Part shown: piece by piece, positions 47,579 to 57,674 of the stretch | How positions within the stretch are numbered: the stretch's first letter is position 1 | How the letters are laid out: every line of letters begins with the position of its first letter | Source of the DNA: an uncultured Planctomycetia bacterium | GTDB taxonomy: Bacteria; Omnitrophota; Gorgyraeia; 2-02-FULL-51-18; JAGOUK01 | Direction of reading: 5' to 3' | Assembly: GCA_964430735.1 (NCBI GenBank) | Contig: CAYSFB010000003.1 | Location: forward strand, 130,039-194,038 | DNA: 64,000 nt | Made by a program: the position numbers and the translations under genes | The notes under the pieces: generated by a model | What the model was told of the DNA's origin: nothing | Seen by the model: only the letters and a program-made list of their open reading frames with translations | The model's database searches: none

Positions 47579-48190
47579 GTGAAGCCACTCCGATCCCGCA
47601 AGCGCAGCCAAGACGATTCCTCCAATATGAAAATTGCTGCCCACACCCGGGCCATCTTGGCCGAAATCGGCGAAAATCCTCAACGGGAAGGTCTTCTCAA
47701 GACGCCCAAGCGTGTCGATGCTTCACTCCGCTATCTGACCAGCGGCTACAACCAGTCCGTCGAGCAGGTCCTCAACCGAGCCATTTTTCACGAGACTTAC
47801 GATGAGATGGTCCTGGTCAAGGACATCGACATGTTCAGTCTATGCGAGCATCACATGCTCCCGTTTTACGGCAAATGCCATGTCGCCTACATCCCGAACG
47901 GCCGCATCATCGGACTAAGCAAAATTCCCAGAATCGTAAACATTTTCATGCGCCGCCTTCAGGTTCAGGAGCGTCTGACCACACAAATCGCCGAATGCCT
48001 CATGAACGCGCTCAATCCGCACGGCGTCGGCGTCGTCATGGAAGCGACTCATCTCTGCATGTCCATGCGCGGCGTCGAGAAACAGCGCGCGACCTGCACC
48101 ACCAGCTCGCTGCTCGGAACCTTCCGCAGCGACCGGGGGACGCGGATGGAATTCATGAACCTGATCGGTTCTCATACGGCCCGCATTTAA
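47579..48190 (+). CDS. folE: GTP cyclohydrolase I
   Basis: FolE consensus ([27 protein letters not shown]); GTG start 10 nt after AAGGAG (alt. ATG 47627). Confidence 0.85.
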   Translation: MKPLRSRKRSQDDSSNMKIAAHTRAILAEIGENPQREGLLKTPKRVDASLRYLTSGYNQSVEQVLNRAIFHETYDEMVLVKDIDMFSLCEHHMLPFYGKCHVAYIPNGRIIGLSKIPRIVNIFMRRLQVQERLTTQIAECLMNALNPHGVGVVMEATHLCMSMRGVEKQRATCTTSSLLGTFRSDRGTRMEFMNLIGSHTARI

Positions 48191-48192
48191 AC

Positions 48193-49911
48193 GTGTCCAA
48201 ACTTCGGATCGCGCTCCTTCAGATCAACCCGACCGTCGGTGATCTCGCAGGCAATGCGGATGCCATCCTCCGGGCTTTGCGCAAGGCCGAAAAGCTCGGC
48301 GCCGCGATCGCCGTCGCACCGGAACTAGCCCTGACCGGCTATCCGCCCGAGGATTTCTTGCTGCGCGATGCGTTTCTCCGCCAGGCCGAACAGACGCTGG
48401 ACCGGCTGTCGCGGCAAGTCCGTTCGACCGTGCTGATCTGCGGTCATCCCGCCCATGGCCCAGATGGATTGCGGAATTCGGCCTCCATTCTTCAATCCGG
48501 CCGCCGGCTGGCACGCTACGACAAGATCTCGCTGCCCAATTACGGCGTCTTTGACGAAGTCCGGTACTTCCGGCCGGGCAATCAGGCGCTCGCCCTTCGA
48601 GACACCGCTTCTGGCGCGCTCATCGCGGTGAGTATTTGCGAAGACCTCTGGACCTCGTCCGGCGACGGGTATTTCCGGGCGCTCAAGGGACTCGAGCCCG
48701 ACGTGATCGTCAATTTGTCCGCCTCTCCCTACGACTACACCAAACCCGAATCCCGTTTCAACGCATTCCGGGTAGCCGCCCGTCGAACCCGTGCGTTTGT
48801 GGCCTGCGCCAATACGGTGGGGGGTCAGGACGAGCTGATATTTGACGGGCGGAGTTTTGTTCTGGATCGGCAGGGGAGACCAGTGGCCGAATCGGCGCCG
48901 TTTGCCGAGGATGTGTTGTGCGTCGACATCCTCCTCGCAAGATCCGAGTGCCCCGTTCAAAACGAGCCGCTTTGTATCGACGTGCGGCTCCCGCGCTGTC
49001 CGGAGGGTTCCGCCCCCAAAGCACCGAGCCGCAACGCTCGGACCGGCCTCAAACCGGGCAGCCCGGCGGAAGTGCTCGCGGCGCTCGAGATGTCGCTCCG
49101 AGACTATGTCGAAAAAAACGGCTTCAAGACCGTCGGCGTCTCCATGTCGGGCGGCATCGACTCAGCGCTGGTGGCCGCGATCGCGGTTCGCGCGCTCGGC
49201 AAGGACCGGGTCATCGGCGCGACGCTTCCATCAGCCGTGACCGGACGCGCCACGCTGACCGACGCCCAGCTCCAGGCCCGAAGCATGGGAATCCGATTTT
49301 TCCAGATCCCGATCGCAGGTCTCCAGAATCAGTTCCTGTCGCTGCTCCAGCCTGTTTTTGCCGGCAACCCGATGGGCTCCGCGGAAGAAAATCTTCAAGC
49401 CCGCATCCGCGGCACGCTGATGATGGCGCTCTCAAACCATTTGGGATTCCTGCTGCTCGCCACCGGAAACAAAAGCGAACTCGCCACCGGTTATTGCACG
49501 TTGTACGGCGACATGGCCGGCGGTTTCGCGCCCATCAAAGACCTGTCCAAGACCTGGGTCTACCGCATCTCACGGGAAGTCAATCGCCAGGCCGGCAAGC
49601 CTGTGATCCCGGTCAGCGTCATCCGCCGGGCTCCGACCGCCGAATTGCGGCCGGGTCAAAAGGACCAGGATTCGTTGCCGCCTTATTCGGATCTGGATGC
49701 CATCCTCCGCGAATTGGTCGAAGAAAACCGGGATCCGGCGGCGATCATTCGGTCGGGACATCTCAAGGCCCACGTTCTGGACACGGCCCGGCGGGTGTAC
49801 TTCAATGAATACAAACGGCGCCAAGCGCCGATCGGGCCCAAAATCACGCCCCGTGCCTTCGGCCGTGACCGCCGCATGCCCATCACGCAAAAGAACGGGT
49901 CCGGCTTCTGA
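48193..49911 (+). CDS. nadE: glutamine-dependent NAD+ synthetase
   Basis: N-terminal nitrilase/CN-hydrolase domain, C-terminal NAD synthetase PP-loop SGGIDSALVAAIA; GTG start. Confidence 0.85.
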   Translation: MSKLRIALLQINPTVGDLAGNADAILRALRKAEKLGAAIAVAPELALTGYPPEDFLLRDAFLRQAEQTLDRLSRQVRSTVLICGHPAHGPDGLRNSASILQSGRRLARYDKISLPNYGVFDEVRYFRPGNQALALRDTASGALIAVSICEDLWTSSGDGYFRALKGLEPDVIVNLSASPYDYTKPESRFNAFRVAARRTRAFVACANTVGGQDELIFDGRSFVLDRQGRPVAESAPFAEDVLCVDILLARSECPVQNEPLCIDVRLPRCPEGSAPKAPSRNARTGLKPGSPAEVLAALEMSLRDYVEKNGFKTVGVSMSGGIDSALVAAIAVRALGKDRVIGATLPSAVTGRATLTDAQLQARSMGIRFFQIPIAGLQNQFLSLLQPVFAGNPMGSAEENLQARIRGTLMMALSNHLGFLLLATGNKSELATGYCTLYGDMAGGFAPIKDLSKTWVYRISREVNRQAGKPVIPVSVIRRAPTAELRPGQKDQDSLPPYSDLDAILRELVEENRDPAAIIRSGHLKAHVLDTARRVYFNEYKRRQAPIGPKITPRAFGRDRRMPITQKNGSGF

Positions 49912-50834
49912 TGAAGATCCTGACCGATACTCAGATCGCACGCAAAATTCCGCCCCAAGCCGCTTTACGCCTCGCCGAAGCCGCCTTCCTGGCCTGGGGC
50001 CAAAAGCGCGTTCAGATGCCCCCGAAGGTCTATTTGACGCTGCCTGAGGGCGATTTTAGGGCCATGCCGGCCTATATCCGGACCACCGGAGTCGGAGGGG
50101 GAGTCGTAGGGGTCAAATGGATCAGCGTTTACCCGGGAAATATCAAAAAGGGCTTTAAAGCCGTCAACGGTACGCTCCTCCTGAGCGACGCATCGACCGG
50201 CCGGCTCAAAGCCGTCATGGAAGCGAATGTGCTCACGGCGCTCCGCACGGGCGCCGCCGGCGCGCTGGCGACGCGTTTTTTGGCCAACCCGGACGCGTCG
50301 CGGCTTTTGCTCGTCGGATCCGGCGTGCAATCCGCCTATCAGCTGGCCTGCCACAAACTCCTGAAAAAATGGTCCACCATCCGGGTTTGGGCGCCGGATC
50401 CCCGGCAAGCCGAACGCTTCGCACGTGAACACCGAATCGAGGCCGCACGCTCGCTCGAAGCCGCCGTCCGCGATTCGGACGTAATCTCATCCTGCACACC
50501 GTCCCGCAAGCCATTGATTCTGAGTGACTGGGTCAGCCCCGGGACCCACATCAACGCCATCGGAGCCGATGCGCCCGGTAAGCAGGAGCTCCAAATCGCG
50601 CTCCTGAAGCGGAGCCGGGTCGTCGTCGACGACTGGGTTCAGGCCAGCCACTCCGGCGAAATCAACGTCGCGCATACGCGCGGATTATTTTTTAAAAAAT
50701 CCGTCACCGGCGACCTTGGCACGCTGCTGGCCGCCAAACGAAAGGTCCGCCGGTCGGCGGCGGACGTCACGATTTTTGATTCCACCGGACTGGCCGTTCA
50801 AGATATGATGATGGCCGATTATGCCGTCCGCTAA
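49911..50834 (+). CDS. ornithine cyclodeaminase/mu-crystallin family protein
   Basis: OCD/mu-crystallin Rossmann LLLVGSGVQS and overall consensus. Confidence 0.8.
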   Translation: MKILTDTQIARKIPPQAALRLAEAAFLAWGQKRVQMPPKVYLTLPEGDFRAMPAYIRTTGVGGGVVGVKWISVYPGNIKKGFKAVNGTLLLSDASTGRLKAVMEANVLTALRTGAAGALATRFLANPDASRLLLVGSGVQSAYQLACHKLLKKWSTIRVWAPDPRQAERFAREHRIEAARSLEAAVRDSDVISSCTPSRKPLILSDWVSPGTHINAIGADAPGKQELQIALLKRSRVVVDDWVQASHSGEINVAHTRGLFFKKSVTGDLGTLLAAKRKVRRSAADVTIFDSTGLAVQDMMMADYAVR

Positions 50835-51324
50835 GCCGTTTTTCTCCACGTCCGCTTTGGCTATGGCCGCCGCACTGCTGCTGGCGGTGGCTCAGCCGTC
50901 CGCCATCCATGCGGCCGAATCCGCGAACTACCGCGCCGAAATCCAGGACCTCCGCTCCGCTTCCATTGCCATCATCATCGGCTTTATCGAACGTCAGGAT
51001 ATCGGCATGTCGGATACGACCGCCCAAGTCCGTGTCACGCGGCCCTTTTTTGGAACGCTCAAAGAAGGGGAATCCATCACCTTCAAGACCTCTTCCGGAC
51101 GGGTCCGGGTTGTCCGGAACCAGCCCGACCTGACCGGCGTGAACCGGGCCGTCTTTTTCCTGAGCCGGGATCCGGACGGCAGCTACCGGGCCATCAAGGA
51201 CAACTACGGGTTCAAGCCCATCATCAATGAGCATGTCTATACCAACCCCCAGAATCCGATGGAAACCGTCAAGCTCAAGAAATACTCCGAAGCGCTGGCC
51301 GCCAACCCCCAAAAGGCGCGTTAA
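50821..51324 (+). CDS. secreted hypothetical protein
   Basis: Signal peptide ...AAALLLAVAQPSAIHA; no recognised domain. Confidence 0.45.
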   Translation: MPSAKPFFSTSALAMAAALLLAVAQPSAIHAAESANYRAEIQDLRSASIAIIIGFIERQDIGMSDTTAQVRVTRPFFGTLKEGESITFKTSSGRVRVVRNQPDLTGVNRAVFFLSRDPDGSYRAIKDNYGFKPIINEHVYTNPQNPMETVKLKKYSEALAANPQKAR

Positions 51325-51327
51325 CCC

Positions 51328-51645
51328 ATGTCATTCGCCGTTGAACACCGGTACCACACCGAAAACGACTCGCTGATCTTCCACATCGACGGCGAGTTCA
51401 AAGGCACCAATGTCTTCGACTTCGAAGAGGCCTTGTTAACCGAGATTCGCTCCGGCAAGGCCAAAAACGTGGTTTTTGAGCTCTCGAAGGTGACTTATGT
51501 CGACTCGGCGGCGATTGAGTTTCTTTTCAACTGCTCCAAGATCTGCAAAGCGGCGGGGCAGACCCTCCGGCTGGCACAGCCACGCGAAAATATCCGCAAA
51601 CTTTTTACCATCCTGCGAGTCGAACGCATCATTCCGATCGATTAA
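51328..51645 (+). CDS. STAS domain protein (anti-sigma-factor antagonist-like)
   Basis: SpoIIAA-like pattern (VVFELSKVTYVDSAAIEFL). Confidence 0.75.
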   Translation: MSFAVEHRYHTENDSLIFHIDGEFKGTNVFDFEEALLTEIRSGKAKNVVFELSKVTYVDSAAIEFLFNCSKICKAAGQTLRLAQPRENIRKLFTILRVERIIPID

Positions 51646-51782
51646 ATGCAGGGGCCGGCGAAGCGGCCTCGGCAGACGCTTTTGGACCGCCTTCTCCCTC
51701 TTACGAATATTACATAACATATATTATAGGACATTAGTTCTATATGGGGATTCGGCACCCCCGATTGCACACCATCCGGTCC

Positions 51783-51983
51783 CTAAGTGGCGTCGGATGA
51801 GCTCTTGCGCCTGCCGGATTCATTCAGTGCCCGATCCCGTTCCAGGAACTCTTGAATCGCCGTCAGAATCACTTCCGACCGGTACCGTTCCCGTTCCAGC
51901 GCCAAAAGGTCGATGCGTTTGAGGACTTCCCTGGGCAGGCGGAGGGTCACCAACTGAGTCCGGAGCATCTTTTTCTTTGTCAC
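51783..51983 (-). CDS. ribbon-helix-helix (CopG-like) DNA-binding protein
   Basis: LVTLRLPREVLKRIDLLA...RSEVILTAIQEFLER RHH signature; 10-bp palindrome TACATATGTA 33 nt upstream. Confidence 0.6.
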   Translation of the reverse strand: MTKKKMLRTQLVTLRLPREVLKRIDLLALERERYRSEVILTAIQEFLERDRALNESGRRKSSSDAT

Positions 51984-52081
51984 ATCGATATCCTCAAGGT
52001 TATGTCGATTTGTATTACATATGTAGTCTGTCTGTGCAAAAAGTGTCTCATAAGGCAGGCCTCCTTCCGGTCCAGGCTTCG

Positions 52082-53152
52082 CTATTGGGTGATTTCGTAC
52101 CGTCTCAGGGCGTGGTTGTGGACGATCGTATGCGGCTGATTCGGGTCCAGGCCGTATTTCTTGAACAGGTCGGTGAGTTTGCTGTCGGGATAGGCCATAT
52201 ACTCGCGGTATTCGATCTGAACGGTCCGCGGCTCGGATTTGGGCCTGCCTGTGAGACGGCCGGCCAGCTGCTTCAAAACAGCCGTGGTGGGGCCCGGCTG
52301 ATTGAGGGTGTAAAAATGGAATTGCTGGACGCCCCGGTCCATTAGTTCGGCGACCTGGCGGGCCGCATAATCGATGCCGAAGGCCTCCATGGAGGCGTCA
52401 TCGGTTGCGTAGCGGTCGATGGCTGCAGCCAGGTCCGCCGGGACCGAGCAGCGCGAAAGCTCGATCATGCGCTTGATCATCTTGGCCTTGGTCACCATCA
52501 TCACACCGACGGCAATCGGAGTGCGGACTCCGCGCTTGTCCATGGCGTCTTTAAAGCGGTAAAACGCGGCGTTGTCCAAAAAGAATTGGGTTACGATCCC
52601 GTCGGCGCCCTGACGCACTTTGAGCGCCAAGTGGTCCCAATCCTGTTCGGCCGATGCCGCTTCCGGATGGCCTTCCGGGTAACCGGCGACCAAAACGCTC
52701 AATTCGGACGGCGAACAATCGGGTTTGGAGCGGACATAGGTCAACAGCTCGGAGGCGTATCGGAACGCATCGGTCGACGCCGGTGCCAAAGCCGGCGCGC
52801 CCCCCTCCTGATGCGGCTTATCCCCTCTTAAGACCAATAAATTATGAATGCCTGTGCCGGCGAAGCGTTCCAAGTACTCGTCCGCCATCGTCCGGGTCAT
52901 GCCCAGGCAGGTAAAGTGCGCCACGGTCAGCAGGCCCATGCCGTGAGTCAGGTGCGAGACGATGTCGATCGAATTGCGGACGGTGCTTCCGCCGGCGCCC
53001 CAAGTGACGCTGCAGAAGTCGGGTCGGAACGCGAGCTTGAGCTCCGCGACCGCTTCATAGAACCGGGGAAGGTTTTCTTTGTCTTTGGGCGGGAAAAACT
53101 CGTAAGAAACGCGGATGCCGGGCGCGGCGAGGATCGGTCCGACCAGCATCAA
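52082..53152 (-). CDS. metF: methylenetetrahydrofolate reductase with ~60-aa C-terminal extension
   Basis: MetF core (SYEFFPPK, LVLRGD, FAD-binding region); 356 aa vs ~295 typical. Confidence 0.85.
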   Translation of the reverse strand: MMLVGPILAAPGIRVSYEFFPPKDKENLPRFYEAVAELKLAFRPDFCSVTWGAGGSTVRNSIDIVSHLTHGMGLLTVAHFTCLGMTRTMADEYLERFAGTGIHNLLVLRGDKPHQEGGAPALAPASTDAFRYASELLTYVRSKPDCSPSELSVLVAGYPEGHPEAASAEQDWDHLALKVRQGADGIVTQFFLDNAAFYRFKDAMDKRGVRTPIAVGVMMVTKAKMIKRMIELSRCSVPADLAAAIDRYATDDASMEAFGIDYAARQVAELMDRGVQQFHFYTLNQPGPTTAVLKQLAGRLTGRPKSEPRTVQIEYREYMAYPDSKLTDLFKKYGLDPNQPHTIVHNHALRRYEITQ

Positions 53153-54225
53153 CGCAGTCCGCGTTTGACCATGTATTTTTCGAGGCGGCGCAGACCTTCC
53201 TTGATCTTACTCACGTCCAGCGCGTAGCTGAAGCGGACGCGGGTCGGATCGCCGAACCAGGCGCCGTCGTACGTGATCATCCGGTAGTCATAAAACAGGT
53301 CGTTGACCACGCGGTTGGAGTCTTCAAATTTGGGAAACACGTAGAAGGCGCCTTCGGGCTTCCAAAGATCCAGCCCCAGGTCAACCAGCCCCTGGTAAAT
53401 AAGGTCGCGGCGCTTTTTCCAGATGTTCACCTGTGTCGTTGTGTAGCTCTTGGGCGCGCGCATGGCCGCGTAGGCCATTTCCTGGCCCAGGATATTCGTG
53501 TTCATCGACAAATGCGTTTTGTAGGTGATGCAGGTGTCGAGCACTTCCGGATCGGTGGAATACAGATACCCTACACGCAGACCGCACATCGCAAAGGTCT
53601 TGGAAAAGGAGTTGATGGTGATGACGTGCGAGCCCTTGAAGAAATAATTCTCACGCTCATAAATCAAGTCCTTGTACACCTCGTCCGAAACGATGTAAAT
53701 CCCCTTTTCCTGGGTAATCTTTTCGATTTCGCGGAGAACCGGGATTTCCTGGATGCTGCCCGTGGGATTTGAGGGCGAATTGATCATGACGGCACAGCAG
53801 CCCTCGAGGTTCTTCTTGAAGTTCTCGAGGTTGATTTTGCCGTTCTCGAGATCGTAATAGCGCGCTTCCAGGTTCGCGTAACGCGCATTGTGCGGATACG
53901 AATAGTAATAGGGGCGCGGCAAAAGGACGCGCTTGCCCTTGTTGGCCAGGAATCGGAACACGAGTGTGATCGCCTCGCTCGCGCCGTTCGTGATCAGGAA
54001 CTGCTCGGGGTTCGAGCGCGGATATTGCTTGGCCAGCTCTTCACGCAGCTGGATCTGGCCCTGAACGAGCCCGTATTTGAAGGCCTTGAACTTGGGCAGA
54101 ATTTTAAAGATCTGACTCGGAGGCGGCAGGTCCGGCTGGCCCGATCCAAAAGAAATCAGGTCCTTGCCGTCGCCTTTACCGATAAAAAAACTCGGCGAAT
54201 TGATCGCCATGCGCTTGGATTTCAT
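53149..54225 (-). CDS. PLP-dependent aminotransferase, class I/II
   Basis: NSFSKTFAMCGLRVGY PLP-Lys motif; SPSNPTG; start trimmed to MKSKRM. Confidence 0.8.
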   Translation of the reverse strand: MKSKRMAINSPSFFIGKGDGKDLISFGSGQPDLPPPSQIFKILPKFKAFKYGLVQGQIQLREELAKQYPRSNPEQFLITNGASEAITLVFRFLANKGKRVLLPRPYYYSYPHNARYANLEARYYDLENGKINLENFKKNLEGCCAVMINSPSNPTGSIQEIPVLREIEKITQEKGIYIVSDEVYKDLIYERENYFFKGSHVITINSFSKTFAMCGLRVGYLYSTDPEVLDTCITYKTHLSMNTNILGQEMAYAAMRAPKSYTTTQVNIWKKRRDLIYQGLVDLGLDLWKPEGAFYVFPKFEDSNRVVNDLFYDYRMITYDGAWFGDPTRVRFSYALDVSKIKEGLRRLEKYMVKRGLR

Positions 54226-54251
54226 GGTCTTTCCGTGTTTGGGTTTGCGGG

Positions 54252-57182
54252 TTAACGCTGTGAGCGTTCTTGAAGCTCTTCGAGCGTGGTTTTGAGGGCC
54301 GTGCGCGTGGCGGAAAGACGCTCTTCTGCCGAGACGAGCGCCTGGCACTTGTCGCGGTAAGCGGCTTCGGCCTGGCTGATTTTGTGTTCAAGGCTCCGGC
54401 GAACCGCGTCCATTTCGTCGATGGTCCGGGATTTGGAGTCCATGATCTGCTGAATCCGGGCCAAATCCGTCCTCATGGAAGCGATGAGCGCGGCCTGATC
54501 CGCCTCGACGGCCGAAAGACGGCCGATCTCATGGCGTGCGGCCGAAAGGTCCTGCTGGCGGTCCGCAAGCTCCTTGCGCAGCTGCCAAAGTTCGGCCTCG
54601 CGGCCTTCCAGGCGGGACTGCGTTTCCGCCATCCGCGCCTGCAGCCCCGCAAAAGCCGATTCCGACTGGCGGATCGTTTCATCGCGCTGCGCGATTTCGC
54701 CGGCATGCCGCGTGGCGGCTTCCGAAAATTCCGCGCGCACCATCTCCAAAAGCCGTGTCTGGCGCGCCACGGAATCCTGAAGATCCGCAATCTGGGTTTC
54801 CTGGCGGCGGATCTGCTGCAACTGCTCCAGCCCGACCGCTTCGAACTCGGCGCGGACCTGGGCTGCCGAGCGAAGCACGGACTCGTATTCGTTCCGCGCG
54901 ACGGCCAAGAGTCGGGCGCCATCCGCTTTTTCCTGCTCCCGCGCGTTCAGCGAAAGAGTCAGATCGGATTCCAGGGCCGCAATTCGGCCGGACAAAAGCG
55001 ATTGTTTTTCGGATTCCTGGCGGGCCGATTCCGCCGCGTGTTCGAGCAAAAGCCGCAAACCGGCCATTTCGTGCTCGGCCTCCGCCAGGCGCCCGGTCAG
55101 CTGCGCGATCGACTCCCGCTCTTCCCGGCTGCGCGCTTCGGCCGCCTGCTTTTCGGCGTTGAGCCCCCGAACCACTTCACGGGAGCGGTTCAGTTCGTCG
55201 TCTGAGCGATTCAGGGCCTCCCCCTGGGTCTGGAGCTGGCGCTCGCGCTCCTGGAGCTGCTCACGCAACGCTCTCAGCTCCCCCGCCTGCTGATCAATTT
55301 TGGCCGACAGTTCGTCACAAATTTTCTGGATCCGCGAGCTATGAATTTCGACCGCGGAACCCGAGAGCTGGAGCGATTCGGAGTGAGCGCGCAGGCGCAC
55401 CAGTTCCAGCATCTGCTCGTTGATCTGGGCATTGAGAAGCGCGGCCTCCTGACGAAGCGCACGGTTCTCATCCCGCAGCTGTGATTCGGATTCCTGAAGC
55501 CGTGCTTCCGATGACCGGAGCGTATCTGCCTCGGCGGAAAGGCGGTCATGAAGCCGGGACAACTGCTCATGCTGCGACTGCAGTTCGTTCGCGCGCTGGA
55601 TCAGTTGATCCAACAGTTCAGAATCGTTGATCAGCGCCGAAGGCTCGGCGTCCGGCAGGCGGCCGATGATGGTGATGTCGTCGTCCGGCTTTTCTTTTTC
55701 TTCCGCGTTCCAGCGGGAATGGGGCGCCGCGGCCGCATCGTTGTCCCGGTTCTTATACCATTGATACACGCGTGAAGCGACCGGATCCTGCGCGCCCGGG
55801 TCTTCCAGAGAATCGGCATTGTCGGCCGATAAAAAGCGGTCGAACCAGTCCTGACGCGTCTGCCATTGACCGGCGACTTTTTCGAGCTCACGGCCCATTT
55901 CGCCCATGAGACCCGGTTCCGAGGCTCCGAACGATGAAGTTGAAAACGGTTTGCCGGACCGCAGCGAACGCAGCGCCTCGGTCATGCGGGCCACCGGGAC
56001 GTCGACGTACTTGCGGATGAAGGCCCCTCCGAGGACGAGGGCAAAAACCGCCGCCAGAATACCGGCCGCAGCCGCCTCGCGTTCCGCTTTTTTAACCTTG
56101 TTCTGATAGAACGCGCGGTAGTTCCGGATGAGATCCGTTGCCGCCTGGTGGAACTCGCCGGTCAAATCCTGGATTTTTTTCAGCTGAATCGAACGCTCGA
56201 CGTCTTCATTCGCCAGCATCAAATACTGGTTGGATACGGCCGTGAACCGGTCCAGCGCTTCTTTCTGCTGATCCAGATTGAAGCGCACGTCCGCACTTCC
56301 GGGGACCGGAATGGTGATGGCTTCCTTGTTGTCGATCGAAATGACGCCGCCCTCGGTCAGAATCTTGGCCGTTTCGTAGAGGCGCAGACGGGTCGCTTGA
56401 TAATCGGCCGGAATTCCGTGCGCCACAAAGAGGATTTCTTTGACGTGCTGTTGAATGAGCATTCGCTGACGCTCGGCCAGCTCCACGGCCACCGCATTGA
56501 CGTCCCACCACGACACGCCGGAATCCAAATGCTTGTCATACGTCTGAATCAGCGCGTCGCCCGACGCCTGCAGCTCGAGGCTCTGCCGGTACAGCTCGTC
56601 GAAGAGGGCTTCGCGGTGCTGGTTCATTTTGGCGGATTCTAAAAAGCCGGACGATTCCCGGACGATGCTGTTCCGCAGACCGCTCATGCGCTCCAGCTCG
56701 GACTTGAAGCGCTCGGAATCCAGAGGAGGCTGAACTTTTTCGGAAGCCGGATCCGCTTCCGTCTGAAGATCGCCGCCCTCACTGAGCAGAGTCAGCGTCT
56801 TGCCCCACTCGCCGGCGGTTTTTTCGTAATTGACCGGAACGCCGGAGGCCGAAAGGAGCACTTCCTTCGCATAGCGCTGGTTATAGATGCGCTGCTGCTG
56901 GGCCGCTTCGAACAGGGATTGGGCTCTCACGAGTTGGTTCAGCGTAAACATCAAATAGGCCGCCACCAAAACGCCCGCCGCTATCACGATCCCTTGAAGC
57001 GCCATGGATTGGCGGGACAAGGAAGACGCGGCGACAACGGGTTCTGCGGGTGCTGCGGGCTGAGCGGGAGCGGGCGTGGACGCGGGACGGCGCGGAGGCA
57101 CGGAAGGACGCGACTGCTTGCGCAGTTGTTCGGGGTTTATTTCTTTTATATCCATTGGTACGGGCTTATCTGCTCCATCCAT
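54252..57182 (-). CDS. large membrane protein: Pro-rich N-terminus, TM1, ~290-aa periplasmic domain, TM2, HAMP-like linker, ~550-aa coiled coil; no catalytic output domain recognised
   Basis: Hydrophobic segments at ~aa 60-82 and ~373-395; heptad-rich E/Q/R/L sequence through C-terminus. Confidence 0.6.
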   Translation of the reverse strand: MDGADKPVPMDIKEINPEQLRKQSRPSVPPRRPASTPAPAQPAAPAEPVVAASSLSRQSMALQGIVIAAGVLVAAYLMFTLNQLVRAQSLFEAAQQQRIYNQRYAKEVLLSASGVPVNYEKTAGEWGKTLTLLSEGGDLQTEADPASEKVQPPLDSERFKSELERMSGLRNSIVRESSGFLESAKMNQHREALFDELYRQSLELQASGDALIQTYDKHLDSGVSWWDVNAVAVELAERQRMLIQQHVKEILFVAHGIPADYQATRLRLYETAKILTEGGVISIDNKEAITIPVPGSADVRFNLDQQKEALDRFTAVSNQYLMLANEDVERSIQLKKIQDLTGEFHQAATDLIRNYRAFYQNKVKKAEREAAAAGILAAVFALVLGGAFIRKYVDVPVARMTEALRSLRSGKPFSTSSFGASEPGLMGEMGRELEKVAGQWQTRQDWFDRFLSADNADSLEDPGAQDPVASRVYQWYKNRDNDAAAAPHSRWNAEEKEKPDDDITIIGRLPDAEPSALINDSELLDQLIQRANELQSQHEQLSRLHDRLSAEADTLRSSEARLQESESQLRDENRALRQEAALLNAQINEQMLELVRLRAHSESLQLSGSAVEIHSSRIQKICDELSAKIDQQAGELRALREQLQERERQLQTQGEALNRSDDELNRSREVVRGLNAEKQAAEARSREERESIAQLTGRLAEAEHEMAGLRLLLEHAAESARQESEKQSLLSGRIAALESDLTLSLNAREQEKADGARLLAVARNEYESVLRSAAQVRAEFEAVGLEQLQQIRRQETQIADLQDSVARQTRLLEMVRAEFSEAATRHAGEIAQRDETIRQSESAFAGLQARMAETQSRLEGREAELWQLRKELADRQQDLSAARHEIGRLSAVEADQAALIASMRTDLARIQQIMDSKSRTIDEMDAVRRSLEHKISQAEAAYRDKCQALVSAEERLSATRTALKTTLEELQERSQR

Positions 57183-57267
57183 TGTTCTTCAATATAGACC
57201 ATCCGAGCGCATCTGCACAACTACTATTTGGAGGAGGGGCTGAAGGTAAAACTAATTATTTGTAACT

Positions 57268-57297
57268 ATTGATTTATTGTATTTATCAATGTATACA
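57268..57297 (+). promoter_or_regulatory. candidate promoter TTGATT-17-TATACA with inverted repeat ATTGAT-N11-ATCAAT
   Basis: Read directly in AT-rich divergent intergenic region. Confidence 0.35.
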
Positions 57298-57337
57298 CTT
57301 GTTAAGTATTAGCAACTATCACTGATTTAGAGGGCGT

Positions 57338-57667
57338 ATGAAAAAACGTTCGATTGCGATCCTGACAGCCGGCCTGCTCTCTTGCCTCAACATCGGAGAT
57401 AAGCCTCCGCTGGCCGCCCAGCCCCTGGAAATCAACAGTGCTGTACGCATTCCGGGTCCCATGATCGTGATCCAAAAGCCCCTGGAGCTGTCGCTGGATC
57501 AGCGTCTGAGCGCCCAACAGATCATTTGGGAATGCCAAATGCGTGAAACGCTGCGTCACCACGGCCGGACTCATCGGAGCACGGACGCAGCAATGCTGGA
57601 TCAAAATCCCCTGCCGGTCCTCTCGTCTTTTCTTTCTGAAGCCTATCACGCCTTAAGCCGGCAATAG
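57338..57667 (+). CDS. small secreted hypothetical protein
   Basis: Signal peptide MKKRSIAILTAGLLSCLN; no recognised domain. Confidence 0.4.
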   Translation: MKKRSIAILTAGLLSCLNIGDKPPLAAQPLEINSAVRIPGPMIVIQKPLELSLDQRLSAQQIIWECQMRETLRHHGRTHRSTDAAMLDQNPLPVLSSFLSEAYHALSRQ

Positions 57668-57674
57668 CTCCCGC

